DNA from: Camelus dromedarius
Lineage: Eukaryota
DNA: 64,000 nt
Assembly: GCF_036321535.1 (NCBI RefSeq)
Contig: NC_087436.1
Coordinates: 105,588,001-105,652,000, forward strand
Direction: 5' to 3'
Positions 57,651 to 64,000 of this stretch are shown here, piece after piece. Below the pieces are notes generated by a model. It saw only the letters and a list, made by a program, of their open reading frames with translations, was not told the DNA's origin and did no database searches. A program made the translations under genes and the position numbers. Each line of letters begins with the position of its first letter. The first letter of the stretch is position 1.

Positions 57651-57687
<37 letters not shown>
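57651..57687. repeat. (TG)18 microsatellite
   Basis: Read directly from the sequence. Confidence 0.95.
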
Positions 57688-57689
<2 letters not shown>

Positions 57690-59106
57690 TTTAAAAGCAG
57701 GTAACCCAGTTCTTGTCACATTTCATTGATCAGAATTGTCACATGCCTATGTCTAAAACAATCCTTAGTAAGGAAGATGGAATTATTACTGTTATGGGTT
57801 TACGTTCATCAAGATCACCCTCTGAACTGGGCAGGGGTCCTGTCCCTGGAGATGCAGACTCTAAAAGGGTGAACACTAAAACAAAGTCAGGTCTTTGTGT
57901 GTAGGGAGTTGGGAGTAGGTTTGAGAAGGCCACCAACAGCATTGTCTCCGCCCCCCACATGTCTGTTCTTGTTTTGTTTTCTTGTTTCTTTGAAAAGTCA
58001 GAATATCATGCTACTGAGGAGAGTGGAGTTGGAGGGAGGGGCAATTGTTGTTTGTTGTTTGTTAAGAAAAATACCATCTCATCTCTCCATTTCCCTGGCT
58101 TCTTTAGCATCCGACCTGTTTTGTAGCTGGAGTATTCCCTCCTTTGTTTACCTCTTCAAGTGTGTCGGTCCTTCCATTATTTTTCCAGCTCAGTTGCCAG
58201 CAGAATGCAGAACAGTCTGGATAAATGAAACAGAGCTGACAGGTCTCTTAATGAAAGCTTGTTTGCACACACTGCATTTCTTGTGATCGCTCTGTACCTG
58301 AGAGCCTGTAGGTGTGGATTTTTACATATGAGTGTTTGTCGTTCTTTTAATTAAGGCTGGTGGAAATGGACTGGTTTTTGTAAAGCAGGCATTTCTCATC
58401 CCTAACTCTTCTTGCTGTGCCTCCTCTACCTGCCTTCCTCTCCCCTTCCCCCTTTCTTCTCCTGGAACAGTGACTCCTGAAGCCTCTCTAGCTAGGAGGT
58501 CCCTGGTGGCGTTCAGCTCAGTCCCTCCTGGAACCTCCTCCCAGTTAGCAATCTTAACTAGGCTAAATCTGTTTTCTTATCATTGTTCCTCTTTCTGTGC
58601 CCTCATTCCCAAACACACACCATCATCACGAAGTGAAGTTCTAAAAAAAGGGTTCTGGTACCAGTCATTCATGTGTTGGAGTGAATTTTTGGATGTGTTA
58701 TTCCTGCTGGAACCTTTGCACCCCAGTTCGCCATGTGAATTGTTCCAGAAAGAGGTCCAGTCTTCTCCTGAAAGAATTTCGAAGACCAGCTACTTCGTCA
58801 TTGGGGTTATCTTTTCTGTCCCTTTCGAATTACAGCAAGCCTTTGCTTCTCTCGGTTTTCTGCTCTTCCAAAAGGCTGCAGCTCTTTCCTGGCTGGATCT
58901 TGGTACTTTATTTCTCTTTGAAAAAGATCTCTATGTGAGCGCCTTCCCCCTCTGCCCTCTGCTTTCACTCTGGAAGCCTCCATTTGGGACAATCTCCCTC
59001 CTTAATAATACTGAGGGTACCTTCCCTTCACACGGCTCAGTTAGGATGTCAAAAAGCCAAAGGATGCCCCTCAACTCACTACTTTAATACATTCTTTGTT
59101 TTCCAG

Positions 59107-59267
59107 ATGTCGTTCTGAACAGAGAAGAATTTGAAGATCAGAGAGATGCAGTAGAGAGCTCAGCAGTGAATCTAATTAGAAATGAGAAGCAGAAAAGTAA
59201 GAAGGCCCCGTCTCCCGATGTTACAGTTGCTCACGAATACAAAGCCAAACAAGTTGATAAAGCATGA
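59107..59267 (+). CDS. Candidate alternative last coding exon of CCDC149 (D-VVLNREEFEDQRDAVESSAVNLIRNEKQKSKKAPSPDVTVAHEYKAKQVDKA*)
   Basis: Strong acceptor acattctttgttttccag|. Only the phase-1 frame is open, matching the upstream phase-1 donors. Inferred, not confirmed. Confidence 0.4.
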
Positions 59268-60659
59268 AGGCAATTTAAAATGATAGATAGAGATGTGCTG
59301 CCGTACGTTTCATATCAGCTCTCTACTAAACGAGGACTTTTTTTTTTTGGATGCGTAGGGAAAGTTTGCATAATACTGGCAAGCATGACTTTCTGGAATC
59401 TATATGAGCCCAGGAATATATTTTGGGATCTTAGTGGAGGCCAGAGATAGCCTATTAAATTTAAAACAATTGACTTTGGGGAAAAAAAAAGCAAACAACT
59501 GCTGTTTTATAGTTTGATTTAAAAAAAGAAGTAACTTCTACTCAGTTGTAGACCTTGCTTTACTGGAGTGTAAGACCATCACGTATCATAACTATACCTT
59601 TTTTGTTCCCTGAAATTAAAATGTAATTTTCCTGATATAGATGATGAATTCTCTTTATTATTTGCATCATTCCCTCCTCCGCCCTCACCGAAGGCCAAGC
59701 CCAGGCTGAGCGTAGCTTCTAGCATATTGTAGCAACTTATCACTTGCAATCTGTCACCTAAAATTATTAGATCATATGGTAGTCATGAAAAAGATGGAGA
59801 ATGTAAAGGTTTTATGCATTCAGTCAAAAGCGCCAGATCTCAAACCAGTGGGTTTATTTCCTGCAGGCTTTCAAGTTGACCAAAGCACTCACTGATTTGC
59901 TCTATTTTCTTAGTTTTTAGTATTTCTGTATATATATGCACTGAAAAGCCCCATTTGGAAAAAAAAAATTGACTGCAGTTCTGAGAAAAAGCTTATCCTA
60001 AACATCTAAAGATAGCATTTCTAATTATTGTCTACATTGTGTTTAAACTGTGCAAACTTGAGCATTATTCTCACTTTACCAGCTGTGTCTAGGTAGAGTC
60101 ATTACATCAAACGCTTCTAATTTTACAAAAAGAAATCAAAAGAAGCGTGTGTTTAAGTCTCAGTGACAAATGCAAACCCTGTGAGTCAAACAGGCAAACT
60201 GATTAGCAAGCTGGCTGGGAAGTCAAAACAGCAAATATAAGGAGATTAACAAAATAGATCTGGAAAAGGCGAGGAGTAAAAATAGCCTCCAGGGGCCGAG
60301 TGGGGTCCCGTGGGCGGGTTGGGTGGCACATATCCGGTTCTGTGCCAAGAACCAGATGCCTGCCCTTAAGGCTGACAGTCTTTCCTTCATCTTGGATCCC
60401 CTCCCCGCAAGAGCTGGCATCACAGAATTCATCTCAGCTGGCCTCTTAATGGATGCAGAAATCCTCCTTCCAATCCTGCTTCCTAAGAGGTAGCAGCCTT
60501 GCTTTTCCTTGAATCCTTCTGGTTGCACAGCCCTCACTACCTTACAAGGTCATCCAATCCATTACTGGGTAGCTATTTTTCTGACCTTTAGCCATTGTTG
60601 TTAGTTAGGCATGCATCAGACCCTTAGGTCTTCATGGAATGTTACACACTGCTCATGAG

Positions 60660-60835
60660 TAACACTTGATTTAGTCATCACAACAATCCAATGTGACAGC
60701 CTTGTTTTACAGATGTGAGAAATCAGGCTCAGAGAGGTGAAGTGACTTGCTCAGGTCACACAGCTTGTAAGTGTGGCTGAGGGAGGGTTCCAAACAGGCC
60801 TTTCCACCTGAGCCTGAGCTGTCAACCACCATGCT
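60660..60835 (-). mobile_element. MIR SINE fragment
   Basis: ttttacagatgtgagaaatcaggctcagagaggtgaagtgacttgctcaggtcacacagct. Confidence 0.75.
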
Positions 60836-61038
60836 AATTACATTCCTTGCCCTTACAGTGAACTGTCATTTGTCCTCCTTTTATTTCCTCTCTTTGTTTC
60901 TTGGCTCTGAAGCCCCATAGAAGAGTTTATCAGTCCCATTCCCATGCATGGACAGAACAGAAATGGAACGGATCTGTGAGGGTATCTCTTCAATCTGGGG
61001 GGTCAAGGGTAGGGAAGAGAGAAACTAAAAACAGAAGG

Positions 61039-61398
61039 TGCTATGATCTGAATGTTTGTGTTCCCCCCAAATTCACATGTTGAAATCCTAACCCCCAAAT
61101 ATGATAGTATTAGAAGGTGGGACCTTTGGTAGGGGGTCCCAAAGTCATGAAGGGGGAGCCCTTGTAAATCAGATTAGTGCCTTTAAAAAGGCTTCAAAGA
61201 AATCGCTCACCTCTTCTAACATGTGAGAACACAGCAAAAAGGTACGGGCTATGCGTCCCAAAGAGGGCTCTCGCCTGACCATGCTGGTACCCTGATCTTG
61301 GACTCCCAGCCTCCAGAACTGTGAGAAATAAATTCCTATTGTTTGTAAGCCATCTGGTCTGCAGCATTTTGGGATAGCAGCTCGAACGGACCTATATA
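61039..61398 (+). mobile_element. MLT1A-type MaLR solo LTR
   Basis: tgctatgatctgaatgtttgtgttccccccaaattcacatgttg...ccagcctccagaactgtgagaaataaatt; flanks gaagg / gtagg (4 of 5 match). Confidence 0.82.
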
Positions 61399-61681
61399 GT
61401 AGGTAAGTGATGAGAAGCACCAGTCTCTTTCTGAAACATAAGCCCCACTTCCCTTGATGACCCTGAACTACCCTGTAACCTGGGCAGCAGAGCTGAAGAT
61501 GGGGTGTTCGGCCTGTTCTCCCTCTCCGTCGTGTGTTCCGATGTAATTGCTGCCTCATTTTCGCAATTTATAATTGTGGGGATAGGCAAATGCGTTTATT
61601 TGCAATCAGGATATTTAAACGCTTGGTTTGCTAATTCCTTCTCAGTGCTGACCTGTACAGTTTCAAGTTAATATCTCAAAC

Positions 61682-62314
61682 TGTTACCAAATCAAACTAG
61701 TCTACTTGGCTAAGGGCGGTAAAGCCAATCTACTGACACCAGGTTGTGGCAAAGAAAAGTGCAGCGTTTACTGCAAGGTGCCCAATGTGGGGCAAGGCAA
61801 GGAGAACGGGCAGCTCATCTTCAAAAGATCCCAACTCCTTGATGGCTTTCAGGGAAAGATTTTTACAGTTAAGGTGAGGGAGGGGGGTCACGGGGTGAGT
61901 GGTCATCTCATGTACATACATCTGGTAGGTTGGTGGTGAGGTGATAGGGTGATGTGGAAATCTCCATCATCAACCTTCTGGTTCCAAATGGTCCAGGGTC
62001 TACATGCTTGAGGTTAGCATGCTGTTAACTTTTTTCACCTGGTGGGGGTTTAGTATCTGCAAAACAACTCAAAGAATATTATCTATAGCCCCTGAGGAGG
62101 AACTAAAGGTCCTTAATTTTGTTTGATGGCTAAAGTATTATTATTTTGTCTTGCTTGGCTCTTTTCCTTCGTTTCTGCACCTTCTCACTTCTCTGATTAA
62201 ATTTGCTCTTTGGAACTCGAGGAACGCCTAGGAGGCTAAAGGTTTTCCATAAACCAGAGGAAGGGAACACGAGGGGTCCACGAAGAAGGCCCCGCAGAGT
62301 CCTGCTCAGTTTCA
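61682..62314 (-). mobile_element. ERV1-class solo LTR, 633 bp
   Basis: TG...CA termini (tgttacc...cagtttca) and a perfect 4-bp target-site duplication AAAC at 61678-61681 and 62315-62318. Confidence 0.8.
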
Positions 62315-63251
62315 AAACCAGTGAGAACCAGTTGGTGGAGCAAATTCACGAGGCAATAGCCTTTCTTCTCAGTTGTCAGTTGGGTTCAAGGAAAGGTTTT
62401 TAAATAACACATTAGTCCTTTAAAAGGTAAAAATAACCACTGGGGATGGGTTTCTGGCTAAGGTTCAGTTTGACTCACTGCCTTAAAAGTCTGAGGAACC
62501 AGGGTGGCAAAGCCTGGAAAGGCTGGAAAGTGAGTCTGCCCCAGGTGACTGAAAAGCTCTCATGGGCACTTCTAGTCAGTATATAAAAGCAAACACACAA
62601 GACTGCTCTTGTCTGTGAATAGAGAATAATTTTCAAAAAGAGAGGCAGAACCTTCATTTAGCCTTAATCAAAACCAGCCTGCCTTTGGACCCCACTGCTT
62701 CCAACTCGCTTTCACGCCAAGTAGTCAAGAAGAGCGTTGCCCTGGTTGTGGAGATGCCAACCCCTGTAACTTGCCCAGGGACACTGCCTCACTGGCCCTG
62801 TCTCTGCCATTCGGGAAGGGGGCCCACAGGCTTCGCACAGAGGCAGATGTGGGAGGCCACGGGGCCCCACGGAGCTGGTGCTCACCTCGTGTCTGGCCAG
62901 TGGCTCCAGCCTTATAATTACTGGGAAGCTTGTTGCAAATAGATTCTCTCTTCTCCCTTTGGATTTCACAGCTCTGGGATATAGCCCAGGAAGCTGTATC
63001 TTTTTTTTTTTTTTTTTTCTTTTCACTTCCCTGGGTGATCCTGGTTTCCTCCACCTTGCAAGCCACACCCAAGGGCATGACAAACAGTGACTAAACATTT
63101 CAGCCAGTGGAGCTGGGGAGGGGAGAAGGAGAGGTCTTGTAGGAATTTGGGAAATACCTTTATCATTCGCAAAATTGCTGAGCAGGGAGAGAAGCCTCAA
63201 ACCAACCAAAAAAGTAACCAAAGCCCCCATGCAGTACTGAATTGCTGAGCT

Positions 63252-63257
63252 TTTAAT
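63252..63257 (-). terminator. SOD3 poly(A) signal ATTAAA
   Basis: TTTAAT on + at 63252-63257, about 17-20 nt from the inferred transcript end. Confidence 0.75.
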
Positions 63258-63680
63258 GTGCAACACAAAGACTGTCAAACAGCCCCCAAAGGAGCAGCTC
63301 TCTGGGGCAGGGGTGGGGGGAATAGCTGGAGACACTGGGCAGGGGCTCCTAAGTGCAGGCTGCACATGCTGGGGGTGGGAGTGCTGGGCAAGCCCAAGAG
63401 GGGGTCTCCAAGCGGGAGTGGGGGTGGGGGGTGTCAGGGTGGAAAGGGACCCCAGGGAGTCTGGAAGACCCTCAGGGTAAATGGGAGTATTTCAGTATCT
63501 CTGGGGGTCCTCAGAGCTCGGGGTGCCCTCAGGATGAAAGAGGCTGTCTCAGCACATGGTTGGAGGCCTTAAGATGGAAGGGATTTGGGGGGATCTCAGC
63601 CATGGCAGAAGTGGTACCTCAGATGGAGAGTGTCTCTGGGAGCAGGAGAAAAATCAAGATGGGGGTGGGGAGGGGGACTT

Positions 63681-64000
63681 GGGTCACATGGAGGGGATCT
63701 TGGGCTTTTGGAGAGGTGTCAGGGTGTAGAGGGGTCCGGGGGTTTTTGGAGTGATGTCAAGGCATAGAGGGATCCTGGGATAGACAGAGGAGGTCCTGGG
63801 TCACACGGAGGGCATCTCGGGCGCTTGGAGGGGTGTCAGGGTGTGGAGGGGATTCCAGAGAGCATGGAGGGGTCTCAGGTGCTTACAGGGGTGTCAGGGC
63901 ACAGAGGGGATCCTGGGGTCCCTAGAGAAGGGCCTGGGGCACATGGAGGGGATCCCGGATGCCTGGAGGGGTGTCGGGGCTTGGAGGGGGTCCCGGGGCA
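63681..64000. repeat. Degenerate G-rich minisatellite (about 17-21 bp unit, GGG-n-TGGAGGGG-TGTCA/ATCCT) with higher-order structure
   Basis: At least 16 units; blocks starting at 63681, 63798 and 63936 resemble each other; runs off the window edge. Confidence 0.8.

Larger units (their letters stand above)
63235..64000 (-). other. SOD3: 3' UTR of SOD3 (extracellular superoxide dismutase), convergent with CCDC149; CDS lies beyond the window
   Basis: The reverse complement of 63231-63305 (gagagctgctcctttgggggctgtttgacagtctttgtgttgcacattaaaagctcagcaattcagtac) closely matches the human SOD3 mRNA 3' end as I recall it. SOD3 is the known tail-to-tail neighbour of CCDC149. Confidence 0.8.

Noticed and set aside
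62712..64000. SOD3 coding sequence or a new gene in ORFs 62712..63365(-) and 63353..63754(+)
   Set aside because: No Cu/Zn SOD motifs or RKKRRR tail. The ORFs arise from GC-rich UTR and repeat sequence and a poly-T run.

Overview
Mammalian genomic DNA, most likely a camelid: three copies of a tRNA-Ala-derived SINE resembling the camelid vic-1 family are present, and I saw no Alu, Bov-A or PRE1 elements. The window holds the 3' part of CCDC149 on the + strand. Nine core coding exons (12041 to the stop at 54952) splice in frame, plus a 33-nt cassette exon, a GC-AG intron and a 3' UTR probably ending near 57400. The 5' exons lie upstream of the window. At the right edge, the 3' UTR and poly(A) signal of the convergent gene SOD3 sit on the - strand, identified from recalled similarity to the human SOD3 3' end; its CDS is outside the window. 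Most of the rest is intronic or intergenic and rich in old repeats (MIR, L2, L1, MaLR including one full LTR-internal-LTR copy, ERV1 solo LTRs, MER53, MER5A, MER82, MER91). I see no new multi-gene system. The best leads concern splicing and 3'-end choice: a candidate in-frame alternative last exon at 59107, a composite terminal exon at 43049, an in-frame alternative donor, a reconstituted donor after the GC-AG intron, inverted SINEs flanking an exon block, and a higher-order G-rich minisatellite in the SOD3 3' UTR. Almost all ORFs in the supplied track are spurious. Repeat family names are from memory of consensus sequences and repeat boundaries are approximate.
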